Positions 1-8,423 of a stretch of 32,000 nt of DNA are shown here, piece by piece. The DNA comes from Thermoplasmatota archaeon (GTDB lineage Archaea > Thermoplasmatota > UBA186 > UBA287), in NCBI GenBank assembly GCA_034190325.1, contig JAXHST010000006.1, forward strand, positions 1 through 32,000, given 5' to 3'. A model generated the notes under the pieces. That model saw nothing but the letters and a program-made list of their open reading frames with translations, did no database searches and was not told where the DNA came from. Within the stretch, counting starts at the first letter, position 1. The number at the start of each line of letters is the position of its first letter. Both the position numbers and the translations under genes were made by a program.

Positions 1-703
1 GAGCCCAGTTATTTTTTCGCTTCTCCAACATCACTCACCTCCCAGTCTTAGGAATAGCCCTAGCTTAGCCTCTGGTGGTAGTTTTCTTACCACCGCTTCG
101 TTAGGGGTCTCCCCAGGATCCATGAGGGTCTTTATTACCTTGCCCTCAACCTGCGGTACTGGTTCTGGAGAAGGTACAACCCTTCTCCACCCTTTTTCAT
201 TTGGTTTGGCTTTTTTATTATACACTCAGGATGCTCTTCTTTCAACCTCTTTGCCTCTTCCTCACGCATATAGTTTCCAACAGGTTTTGAGGTATTCTCG
301 TCTCTGGATCATTGCTGTTAACTATAGTCTGAGTTATCAGAGCGCACACCCCTGTGTCTATCTTTAGCTCCGTGAATGCATTGATGAGGTTCTGTTATAT
401 CATATAACCAATTTGTCTCTGAGTCATACCCCCAACAACATCCATTCTCTGTGCGGGTATGATCTCCTTTGCAGCATCCTGCTGGACCATCATGTTTCCT
501 ATCTGAGGTCCATTGCCATGGGTTATCAGAAGCCTGTCATCCTCTTTCATTCGCTTCAATATTTGTGCTATAACCTTTGCTTTTTTTTCGCAATTTGCAA
601 ACTGTTCTTTTGTGCTGCCCTTTTCATCAGCCTGTTTTATAGCATTGCCACCAGGTGCAATAAGTGATCTCATAGACTTGATGGTAGTACATATTAAAAA
701 CAT
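1..703 (-). pseudogene. arcC: carbamate kinase, disrupted by an in-frame stop and frameshifts; 3' part runs off the window
   Basis: Minus-strand ORF from the ATG at 703 gives a carbamate-kinase N-terminus (LLITHGNGPQIGNMMVQQ ... MTQRQIGYMI). It then hits an in-frame TAA at 395-397. Homology continues downstream but in different frames: QNLINAFTELKIDTGVCALITQTIVNSNDPE, then ENTSKPVGNYMREEEAKRLKEEH, then KGWRRVVPSPEPVPQVEGKVIKTLMD. Similarity decays below about position 110. Confidence 0.75.
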
Positions 704-834
704 TTGGTAGTTTGTTTCTTATCTTATCAGCGGTGGAAGAGATTGAGAAGTGGTCCTGGCTCTGGAAAAGCAACTCTTTAGCTATAAAGAATAAGTAGGT
801 ATAAAGGCTTTAGCTCTTTTTTCTATAGATGTTT

Positions 835-1608
835 TTATCTTAAATCTTCTCTAAAGCCTTCGCAAAAGCGTCCTGGCATTCCTGCACGAAGTGCATAGTC
901 TGCATAGAGCGCACGTAGCACTGGGAGTGCTGGTTGTATGATGTCCATCTGGGTCTCGTAGCACATCAGCGCCCGCCTTTTTGCAACAAGATGACCTGTT
1001 ACATCCACGAAGACGTTGGCATTATCTGAATTAACCCAGTAATCGAAATACCGTATTATCGGTTTTTCTCTCAAATTCAAACTTTCCACAGCATCATGGA
1101 CAAGCAATCCTGTGGCCAAATGGTCTGGATGCTGGTATTGTGCGTTAATGTACTCAGAGGTGTATATCATATATGGTTGGTATCTTTCTACAATATCCCT
1201 CACAGCCCAGAAAGTGGTCTCATTGCACATAAGACCACCATCTGGAAACCTTAAGAAAATGACCTCATTTATTCCTAGCATGTGCGCTGCATTTTCTGCC
1301 TCTGCCTCTCGCGCAGCCGCAAGCTCTGGGCCTGTTTTCCCCTCCCCGGTTGCATCTCCTCCAGCCTCGCCGCTTGTCATGTATACCTCAACCACCATAT
1401 CGCCAAGCTCAGTTACGTGAACCAGTGTGGAGCCACCAGCGAATATATCCCCATCATCTGGATGAGGCGAGAATATAAGAACAGTCCCTCCTGAAGCTGC
1501 TGCTGTATGCTGCACAAAAGCTCCTTGCACTATAGCAAGGGCTAAGAGTAGGGCAAAAAAGCTTCCAAGCAGAGCTTTTTGCTTCATCTCTCCCTTATAA
1601 GGCTTCAT
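835..1608 (-). CDS. PIG-L/LmbE-family deacetylase with N-terminal signal or membrane anchor
   Basis: 257-aa ORF. Carries the PHPDDGDIFAGGS and HPDH motifs characteristic of PIG-L/LmbE zinc deacetylases. Hydrophobic N-terminus KALLGSFFALLLALAIVQGA. The true start may be the internal MKQKALL. Confidence 0.8.
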   Translation of the reverse strand: MKPYKGEMKQKALLGSFFALLLALAIVQGAFVQHTAAASGGTVLIFSPHPDDGDIFAGGSTLVHVTELGDMVVEVYMTSGEAGGDATGEGKTGPELAAAREAEAENAAHMLGINEVIFLRFPDGGLMCNETTFWAVRDIVERYQPYMIYTSEYINAQYQHPDHLATGLLVHDAVESLNLREKPIIRYFDYWVNSDNANVFVDVTGHLVAKRRALMCYETQMDIIQPALPVLRALYADYALRAGMPGRFCEGFREDLR

Positions 1609-1946
1609 CTGACCCCTTCATTATAACTGTGGAATATATAATATATAAAATCTTTTCACATTTTCTGTTAAGCAAAAAACCTTAAAATCATTTATTGAGA
1701 TTTGTTATCAGAGCTCTTTTGCCTTGAAAGCGGGAGCGAGCGTATACCTTGCAGAAGGGAAGAAGATATGGGGAAAGAAGAGGAGATCATAGCAGCTTAG
1801 AGCACTACTCGACTTTTTTCTGTGCCCGAGCAAAGTGAGGTTTATCGAAGAGTACGCCAAGGAAGAGAAATCTGAGATAGCTGCAGAGTCGGGAAACGCG
1901 CCTGAGGAAGGAAAAAACCGGAAGAAATCCCCGCGGTGGAGTGTGA

Positions 1947-2435
1947 TCACACCCTGTGCTCTCTCAGAAGTTCACTTATCATCTCGATGTGCTTCTTCTC
2001 TTCTCCGATTATCTCGTTGACGACCTTTTCGCTCTGTTCACCAGAGATCTCAACAATCTCATTGAAAAAGAGCAGGGTGTCCTTCTCAAACTGGAGGGCA
2101 AACTCGAGTGCTTCTACAGAATCCTTAGCCCCCATGGCTCTTTTAAAGGATTTTTCGTTGCCCATAAAGAAGGTGGATTCCACTATCACATTCAGATAGG
2201 GCTCTATCTCTTCCCAATCCCGCGGCAGGATGAAATCCTTTGCGTATTTTCTCAGGGATTCAAATTTCAGTTTGTGGAGATCCTCCTGCTTTGCCAGAAA
2301 TTCAAAGATTTTTTTCAGATCCCCCTCGGCTCTCCTGGCAGATTCACTGTAAAATCTCTCCCCATTTGTTTCAACATTAACTGCCAGCTCTATCACCTCT
2401 TCTGAAGAGTACATGCACACCATCTGTTTTATCAC
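1947..2435 (-). CDS. ferritin-like diiron protein (rubrerythrin-domain family)
   Basis: 162-aa ORF with two E ... ExxH pairs: ETNGERFY / QEDLH and QFEKDTLLFF / EEKKHIEMI. The start may be a downstream Met. Confidence 0.75.
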   Translation of the reverse strand: MIKQMVCMYSSEEVIELAVNVETNGERFYSESARRAEGDLKKIFEFLAKQEDLHKLKFESLRKYAKDFILPRDWEEIEPYLNVIVESTFFMGNEKSFKRAMGAKDSVEALEFALQFEKDTLLFFNEIVEISGEQSEKVVNEIIGEEKKHIEMISELLREHRV

Positions 2436-2503
2436 TTTTATAAATTTCTATGAAAAGACAGATCAGCTTTTTACGAAGCGTATGCTATCCAGATGTGATA
2501 CTA

Positions 2504-2971
2504 TCAATCTTTTTTCAGTTCATCAAGCGCTTCCCTGAGCATTATCTCGTGTTTCTTTTCTTCGTTCATAATTTTGTTTATAATTTTGATTGCACCTCCG
2601 GTTGACGAATCCAGCAAGACCTTATAAAAATTGTATGTCATGATCTCAAAATCGATACAATGATTAAGGATCTCTGCGATATCCGCGGAATCAATCGCTT
2701 TCATTATTGGACTTTTTTCAGAAAAAAGACTCAACTGGACAATTTCGCCCGAGTAAGGAATCGTTGGAAGTTGATTGGATGTAAAATCTCCTTTTTCTAA
2801 ATTTTTTCCAAACTGCTCAAAAATCTCTCTGTGTCTGATCTCTTCCTTAGCCAGCATCTCAAAGAGACTTCTGAGCCGAGAATTCACTCTTTTTGACGCC
2901 ATCAAGTAGATCCTGTTACCATCATCCTCAATCTTGACTGCCATATTTACTACCTCTTTCCATGAGAACAT
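2504..2971 (-). CDS. ferritin-like diiron protein (rubrerythrin-domain family), tandem paralog
   Basis: 155-aa ORF with the same architecture as the neighbour: IEDDGNRIY / EEIRHREIF and DFEIMTYNFY / EEKKHEIML. Confidence 0.7.
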   Translation of the reverse strand: MFSWKEVVNMAVKIEDDGNRIYLMASKRVNSRLRSLFEMLAKEEIRHREIFEQFGKNLEKGDFTSNQLPTIPYSGEIVQLSLFSEKSPIMKAIDSADIAEILNHCIDFEIMTYNFYKVLLDSSTGGAIKIINKIMNEEKKHEIMLREALDELKKD

Positions 2972-3101
2972 TATATTATATCAGGGTCATAATTTTAAAC
3001 CTTTCTCTCTAGGTTCTTTCCAAGGGATCTCTGCGGGGTTCAGGACTGCAACCTGGAAAGTTTCAAAGAGATTTTTTATGCCCTGCATAGAATTTCTGCA
3101 T

Positions 3102-3115
3102 ACTTCTCGAGAAGT
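3102..3115. promoter_or_regulatory. perfect 14-bp palindrome ACTTCTCGAGAAGT in the intergenic region upstream of a ferritin-like gene
   Basis: Read directly from the sequence. It lies in the 230-bp non-coding gap between folC (stop at 3202) and the ferritin-like gene (start at 2971), about 130 nt upstream of that start. Confidence 0.3.
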
Positions 3116-3201
3116 GCTATTTTACACGGTACATTGTGTTTTATCACACCATACTCTGATGTCTCCAGGGGCAATAAGAGCTCAATTTGGGCAATATAAA
3201 G

Positions 3202-4473
3202 TCAAAAGTCGCCCATGAATCCTTCACTGCTCTCTGTTAAACCAAGGATCCCTCTTGCTTCGCCCGCAAGGTAAAGAGAGCCCGTTATACAGATGTCTCT
3301 TTCAAAGCTTTTTGCTATCTCTATTGCATCTTTCAAGCTCTCAGCTATGATTACATTAGAATAAATGCCAGCTTCTCTTGCCAGATCCTCCTTTGCTAGC
3401 CTTCTTTCTGCCCTTGGTTCTGTCACCACAACAATCTCAGACAGAGGGCATAGCGCTCTGCAGATCTCAGCGTAATTTTTATCCTTAAGCACCCCAAGGA
3501 TCAGCACAGGCTTTATCCCAAATTTCTTCAGATTATCCGATAAGCATATGGCAGCCTCAGGGTTGTGAGCTCCATCTACTATTATCCTATTTCCCTTCTG
3601 TTCAATGACCTCAAATCTCCCTGGAACGAAAGCACCCCCTATCCCTTTATTTATAGCTTCTTTATTGCAGTCCCTCAGCAGCCTTACAGCGGCGCACGCA
3701 TTCTCTATCTGTTTTATTCCCGCCATCCGGGTTTTCAGAGGGAGCTCAAAACTTTCATCCATATAGATAAAATCGCTCCCGTTTATCTTTATGTCTATGG
3801 GCTCATATCTAAAATCTCTGTTGAGCACATTAAGTTTTGCTTTTTTCTCATTTGCTACACTCTCAATGACCCTTAGAGCACTATTATCGGCGCAGGTAAC
3901 AACATTTGCCTCTTCTTTTATTATCCCTGCTTTCTCATGTGCTATGGCTTCTACAGTGTTTCCCAGATACTGCGTGTGCTCCAGCGAAACATTGGTTATT
4001 ATGGCCTTTTTGGAATCTACGATGTTTGTAGCGTCCCATCTGCCTCCCATTCCTACCTCAAGGACAGCCACATCTACCTTCTCTTCTTTGAAATATTCGA
4101 ATGCCAGAGCTGTGGTTATCTCAAAAAAAGAGCAGTAATTCTTCTCAGCAATCTTTAAAAGTTCACCCAGTATTGATGCTATCCTATCTTTCTCAGCCAT
4201 CCTTCCATTGACAACTATTCTCTCTCTGAAATCGCTCAGGTGTGGGGATGTGTACAGACCTACTCTTTTCCCCGTCGTTTTCAGGATCTCTGCGCAATAA
4301 TATGCTGTTGATCCCTTTCCATTTGTGCCCGCGATGTGCGCATAATCATAATTTAGATGGGGGTTACCCAGCTCTTTTAAGAGCAGAGATGTGCGCTCTA
4401 GCCCCGGCTTCAGCCCATGAAAATGGTAAGAGTACAATCTCCCGAGTATGTTTTTATATTCTTCATCTATCAT
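3202..4473 (-). CDS. folC: folylpolyglutamate synthase / dihydrofolate synthase (Mur-ligase family)
   Basis: 423-aa ORF. P-loop HIAGTNGKGST, followed by YTSPHLSDFRERI and a VDGAHNPEA-type C-terminal domain, which is typical FolC. Confidence 0.85.
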   Translation of the reverse strand: MIDEEYKNILGRLYSYHFHGLKPGLERTSLLLKELGNPHLNYDYAHIAGTNGKGSTAYYCAEILKTTGKRVGLYTSPHLSDFRERIVVNGRMAEKDRIASILGELLKIAEKNYCSFFEITTALAFEYFKEEKVDVAVLEVGMGGRWDATNIVDSKKAIITNVSLEHTQYLGNTVEAIAHEKAGIIKEEANVVTCADNSALRVIESVANEKKAKLNVLNRDFRYEPIDIKINGSDFIYMDESFELPLKTRMAGIKQIENACAAVRLLRDCNKEAINKGIGGAFVPGRFEVIEQKGNRIIVDGAHNPEAAICLSDNLKKFGIKPVLILGVLKDKNYAEICRALCPLSEIVVVTEPRAERRLAKEDLAREAGIYSNVIIAESLKDAIEIAKSFERDICITGSLYLAGEARGILGLTESSEGFMGDF

Positions 4474-4557
4474 CTGCTATGAAAAGGTTATGAAAGATAT
4501 AAGGTTAGCTGCAAACAGTAGAAAATCTTATTAGTAAAAACTCCTCTCCATTTTAGA

Positions 4558-4666
4558 GGGCCTGTAGCTCAGCTAGGTAGAGCAGTCGGCTCTTAACCGA
4601 CCTGCCGGGGGTTCAAAACAGCCTATGAACGCTGTGCGGAAAGGCGTGAAAATCCCCTCAGGCCCG
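4558..4666 (+). tRNA. tRNA-Lys (anticodon CUU) with a ~35-nt intron inside the T-loop
   Basis: Hand-folded cloverleaf. Acceptor GGGCCTG/CAGGCCC, D-arm GCTC-AGCTAGGTA-GAGC, anticodon arm GTCGG-CTCTTAA-CCGAC (CTT at 4592-4594). Variable loop CTGCC, T-stem GGGGG (4607-4611) / CCCCT (4654-4658). 42 nt lie between the T-stem halves instead of 7. Discriminator G; no encoded CCA. Confidence 0.85.
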
Positions 4667-4704
4667 CTCAGCAACATTTATTAAGTAAAAGGCCGAATAC
4701 ACTT

Positions 4705-5265
4705 ATGAAGGAGGAGAAGGAAGCGTTTAGAGAATCTCAGGATATCATAAAAAAGTTGGTAAATGAGCTTCCATACCCTGATGAGCATGGGAAGGTAATA
4801 AGGCTCAACAGAAGGTTTGTGCTTCTTGACGTTTCTTACATCCCCTTTGATGTCCTCTATGGAATAGACGAAATTTTTGGTCCTGTATCAAAGACCATAC
4901 TCTTCAGGATTGGTAGAAGATGGGGTGATGAGATCTACGCAAGGTATGAATCCCTTGGTTTTGGTAGAGAGGATTGTCTGAAGCTCTCTGCGGCTGGGGC
5001 ATGGTACTTTGGATGGGGGATTTTTACATTCGAACTAGGAGCTGAAAGCTCCAGAGCAAGGATATACAACTCATTTGAGGTTGAGAGCATGGTTGTGCGT
5101 AAGGGAATAAGCGATGAGAATTCATGTCACCTATTTCCTGGGGTTATATCTGGTATTTACAGTAGATTCCTTGGAGAAGAGTGCTCAATACACGAGGAAA
5201 AGTGTGCAGCCAGAGGTGATGGATACTGTGAGCTGGTTGCTACTCCAGGGATCGATTTGACCTGA
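4705..5265 (+). CDS. V4R (4-vinyl-reductase-type) domain protein
   Basis: 186-aa ORF. The C-terminal HLFPGVISGIYSRFLGEECSIHEEKCAARGDGYCEL matches the V4R signature (aromatic/Gly helix followed by C-x3-G-D-x2-C). Confidence 0.7.
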   Translation: MKEEKEAFRESQDIIKKLVNELPYPDEHGKVIRLNRRFVLLDVSYIPFDVLYGIDEIFGPVSKTILFRIGRRWGDEIYARYESLGFGREDCLKLSAAGAWYFGWGIFTFELGAESSRARIYNSFEVESMVVRKGISDENSCHLFPGVISGIYSRFLGEECSIHEEKCAARGDGYCELVATPGIDLT

Positions 5266-5304
5266 GGTGAGGAAAGCTTAAATGCTCTTTCTTCTCTTTT
5301 CTTT

Positions 5305-6813
5305 ATGGATCTCAGAGCGATGAGGGAGAAAGCAAGAGAAGGAGGAGGAGAAAAAAGGATTGAAAAGCAGCACTCCTCAGGCAAGCTTACAGCCAGGGAG
5401 AGGATAAACCTCCTTTTCGAAGATTTTGAAGAAGCTGATATGTTTGTTACCTCAAGATGCACAGATTTTGGCATGGAGAAGAACAGATTTCTTGGTGATG
5501 GGGTTGTTACGGGCTATGGTAAAATTGAAGGCAGGGCTGCTGGTGCCTATGCACAGGATTTCACAGTCATGGGTGGCTCTTTGGGTGAGGCCCATGCAAG
5601 AAAGATATGCAAGATAATGGATACTGCCATGAAGATAGGCTGCCCTATAATTGGGTTAAATGATTCCGGGGGGGCAAGAATACAGGAAGGCGTCGACGCT
5701 CTTTCTGGTTATGGGCACATATTCTTCAGGAACACCAGAGCAAGCGGTGTCGTGCCCCAGATAACTGCGATAATGGGACCGTGTGCCGGGGGAGCTGTCT
5801 ACAGCCCTGCGATAACGGACTTCATAATAATGGTTGACAAAACAGCACACATGTTCATAACTGGTCCCCAGGTTATTGAATCCGTCACAGGTGAGAAGGT
5901 GACTCAGGATGCTTTGGGCAATGCCATGGTTCACAACTCTGTGAGTGGTAATGCTCATTTCATAGCTAAGGATGATAGAGAGTGCATAGGGATAATAAGG
6001 AATCTTTTGAGCTATTTACCCTCAAACAATATGGAGCTCCCTCCATTGCTCGATGAGTATTCAGAGCCTTCAAAAACAATACGCATGCCTTCGGATCCTG
6101 CTAAAGCATATGATGTTCTTGATGTGATAAGCTCCATAGTGGATCATGGAAGCTTTATGGAGGTGCAGAAATATTTTGCAAAGAACATTGTTGTTGGCTT
6201 TGGGAGAATAGCAGGCCAGACGATAGGTATAATAGCGAATCAGCCAAAGGTTTTAGCTGGTTGCCTGGACATAGATGCGAGCGATAAGGCAGCAAGATTC
6301 ATAAGGCTCTGTGATTCTTTCAATATACCGTTGCTCAACCTTGTCGATGTTCCTGGTTATCTGCCTGGCGTAAAGCAGGAGCATGGGGGTATAATAAGGC
6401 ATGGCGCAAAGCTGCTCTTTGCATATTCTGAGGCTACCGTGCCAAAGATGACGGTGATAATGAGAAAGGCATATGGTGGCGCTTATATAGGCATGTGCAA
6501 TAAAGAGCTCGGTGCTGATGCTGTGCTTGCGTGGCCCACAGCGGAGATAGCCGTTATGGGACCTGAGGGGGCTGTAAACGTAGTCTTTAGAAAAGAGATA
6601 GAGGGTGCAGAGGGTAAAGAAAAGCGCAGAAAGGAGCTGATATCAGAGTATAGAGAAAAATTTGCCAATCCATATGTGGCTGCTGGGAGAGGGTATATAG
6701 ATGAGGTTGTAGAGCCAGGAGAAACAAGGGAAAGATTGAAAAGCTATCTCACCATTCTTGAGAACAAAAGGGATAGTTTGCCAAAAAAGAAGCATGGGAA
6801 CGTACCCCTGTAA
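5305..6813 (+). CDS. acyl-CoA carboxyltransferase (propionyl-CoA carboxylase beta / methylmalonyl-CoA decarboxylase alpha family)
   Basis: 502-aa ORF. Contains GGGEKRIEKQHSSGKLTARERI, FTVMGGSLGE, NDSGGARIQEGV, GPCAGGAVYSPA and RKAYGGAYIGM, which are canonical carboxyltransferase motifs. Confidence 0.9.
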   Translation: MDLRAMREKAREGGGEKRIEKQHSSGKLTARERINLLFEDFEEADMFVTSRCTDFGMEKNRFLGDGVVTGYGKIEGRAAGAYAQDFTVMGGSLGEAHARKICKIMDTAMKIGCPIIGLNDSGGARIQEGVDALSGYGHIFFRNTRASGVVPQITAIMGPCAGGAVYSPAITDFIIMVDKTAHMFITGPQVIESVTGEKVTQDALGNAMVHNSVSGNAHFIAKDDRECIGIIRNLLSYLPSNNMELPPLLDEYSEPSKTIRMPSDPAKAYDVLDVISSIVDHGSFMEVQKYFAKNIVVGFGRIAGQTIGIIANQPKVLAGCLDIDASDKAARFIRLCDSFNIPLLNLVDVPGYLPGVKQEHGGIIRHGAKLLFAYSEATVPKMTVIMRKAYGGAYIGMCNKELGADAVLAWPTAEIAVMGPEGAVNVVFRKEIEGAEGKEKRRKELISEYREKFANPYVAAGRGYIDEVVEPGETRERLKSYLTILENKRDSLPKKKHGNVPL

Positions 6814-6838
6814 GAGCTGAGAAAAAGGTGGTGATAGA

Positions 6839-7204
6839 GTGCGAAAATTCAGAGTTAAAGTGGATGGAAAAGAGTACGTTGTTGAGGTTGCAGAAGAAGG
6901 AGCGCAGAGCGTAACGAAGGTAACGGAAGGAGAAACTGAAGTAAGAGAGGCGCAGAGGCAAGCGCCGACCACACACATAGAAGCGCCGTCAGAGGGAAAC
7001 GTTACAGCGCCGATTGCAGGGAAGATATTGAAGACATTAATAAGAGAGGGGGAGCACGTAGAAGAGGGCAAAGTTCTGTTTGTCCTTGAGGCAATGAAAA
7101 TGGAGAATGAGATCTATGCACCTAAGACAGGAGCAATTAAAAAGATCTATGTCAAAGAGGGGGAAAACGTTGAGGAGTCTCAGCCTCTGTGCGATATAGT
7201 CTAA
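6839..7204 (+). CDS. biotin carboxyl carrier / decarboxylase gamma-type biotinyl protein
   Basis: 121-aa ORF with a GTG start preceded by GGTGGTGA. Biotinylation motif LEAMKMENEI. N-terminal MRKFRVKVDGKEYVVEV is typical of decarboxylase gamma subunits. Confidence 0.85.
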   Translation: MRKFRVKVDGKEYVVEVAEEGAQSVTKVTEGETEVREAQRQAPTTHIEAPSEGNVTAPIAGKILKTLIREGEHVEEGKVLFVLEAMKMENEIYAPKTGAIKKIYVKEGENVEESQPLCDIV

Positions 7205-7287
7205 AGTAGAGTAAAAAAATAAGCGGGTAGATCAAACATCGTAAAAATGGTAAAACGAATAAACAAGAAAGATATTATTAATAATGT

Positions 7288-7719
7288 ATGGCTGAAGCAA
7301 TAACCGAAATGATCTTCTTTATAGTGGGCATATCCATAGCCCTATCTGTGATAGGAGCGGTTGTTTTATCAACAGAGAGGATGAATAGTGCTATGGGAGC
7401 TACAAGCTCGGCCCTTTATGATACGATGAGCTCAAAGATAAAGATAATAAGTGATCCCCTCTCCATGAGCGGCTCGCCATCAAAGCCATTGATTATTTAT
7501 GTGCAGAACGTGGGTAAAACTACCCTGAGCACAAATGCTGTGCTGATGATAGACGGAGAGGTAAAGGAGTGCAGGGAATACATGCTTGAGGGTGAGGTAT
7601 GGACTCCTTCTTCCGTGCTCTGCCTCGAGATAGAGCACCCCAGGCTTCCAGAGGGAGAGCACAGAGTGACAGTGGTGGCTGAAAATGGCGTTATGAATTC
7701 GATGGTCTTCAGGGTGTAA
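7288..7719 (+). CDS. archaellum FlaF/FlaG (ArlF/ArlG)-family protein
   Basis: 143-aa ORF. Has an N-terminal hydrophobic helix (EMIFFIVGISIALSVIGAVVL) followed by a beta-rich domain. It lies immediately upstream of arlH. Assignment to F versus G is not resolvable by eye. Confidence 0.65.
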   Translation: MAEAITEMIFFIVGISIALSVIGAVVLSTERMNSAMGATSSALYDTMSSKIKIISDPLSMSGSPSKPLIIYVQNVGKTTLSTNAVLMIDGEVKECREYMLEGEVWTPSSVLCLEIEHPRLPEGEHRVTVVAENGVMNSMVFRV

Positions 7720-7721
7720 AA

Positions 7722-8423
7722 ATGTACGAAATAGATCTTGATAGGGACAGGATGGGGCAGAGGCTTGGTGGAGGATTTCCAAAAGGCTCACTCGTTCTCA
7801 TGATGGGGCCATTCGGTAGTGGCAAATCTATTCTATGCCAGAGGTTTACCTATGGTTTTCTGAAGCACGATCATTCTGTTACATACACATCAACGGAGCT
7901 GACAACAAAAGGTTTCATTGAGCAGATGGGTTCCCTTGATTACCCTGTTGAGAGTTACATATACCACAGAAAGCTTCTGTATATCCCTGTTTATCCGATA
8001 ATAGGCAGAGCTGCGGATAGAAGCGGATTTTTGACCAAGCTCCTGGGCCCCAGAGCAAAAGCGCTATATTTAAATGAGACAATTGTCATAGATTCACTTT
8101 CTTCACTCATAGGTCAGGATCTTGAGAGCAAAAAGAGGGCTTTGGACGTTCTCTCATTCTTCAAGAAGCTGGCAGAGACAAAGAACAGGTGTGTGATCAT
8201 GACAGTAGATCCCGCGGAGATGCCCGATGAAATACTCTTAACCTTCAAAGCGGTCTGCGATGTGTTTCTAACCGTAGAGACCGTGATCGCTGAGGGGGGA
8301 GATGTGCTTCACAGGCTTACGGTTAACAGGTTTTTGAATCCTGAGAGAAGGATTACTGGCACAACAATGTTCAGGGTAGAGCCACATGCAGGAACTGTTG
8401 TTGAGATCGCAGAGGTAGCATGA
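7722..8423 (+). CDS. arlH: archaellum protein ArlH (FlaH), KaiC/RecA-like ATPase
   Basis: 233-aa ORF. GGGFPKGSLVLMMGPFGSGKS is an intact Walker A. Position between the FlaF/G-like gene and arlI. Confidence 0.85.
   Translation: MYEIDLDRDRMGQRLGGGFPKGSLVLMMGPFGSGKSILCQRFTYGFLKHDHSVTYTSTELTTKGFIEQMGSLDYPVESYIYHRKLLYIPVYPIIGRAADRSGFLTKLLGPRAKALYLNETIVIDSLSSLIGQDLESKKRALDVLSFFKKLAETKNRCVIMTVDPAEMPDEILLTFKAVCDVFLTVETVIAEGGDVLHRLTVNRFLNPERRITGTTMFRVEPHAGTVVEIAEVA

Noticed and set aside
382-421. Possible box C/D sRNA (TTGATGA at 382-388 and CTGA at 418-421)
   Set aside because: Only about 40 nt separate the boxes. There are no internal D'/C' boxes and no terminal stem, and the first base is not a purine. 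It lies inside the carbamate kinase pseudogene, so it is most likely a chance match.
1609-1946. 338-bp gap with ORFs 1708-1950 (-) and 1835-2020 (+), considered as a possible small gene or RNA
   Set aside because: The translations are low-complexity, and the plus-strand ORF runs antisense into the ferritin-like gene. I could see no motif, no tRNA-like fold and no C/D boxes. It is left unannotated rather than called.
4474-4704. tRNA-Lys as a possible integration hotspot or mobile-element border, and likewise tRNA-Arg at 23822-23932
   Set aside because: There is no integrase, transposase, direct repeat of the tRNA 3' end, or compositional break nearby. The flanking genes are ordinary housekeeping or metabolic genes.
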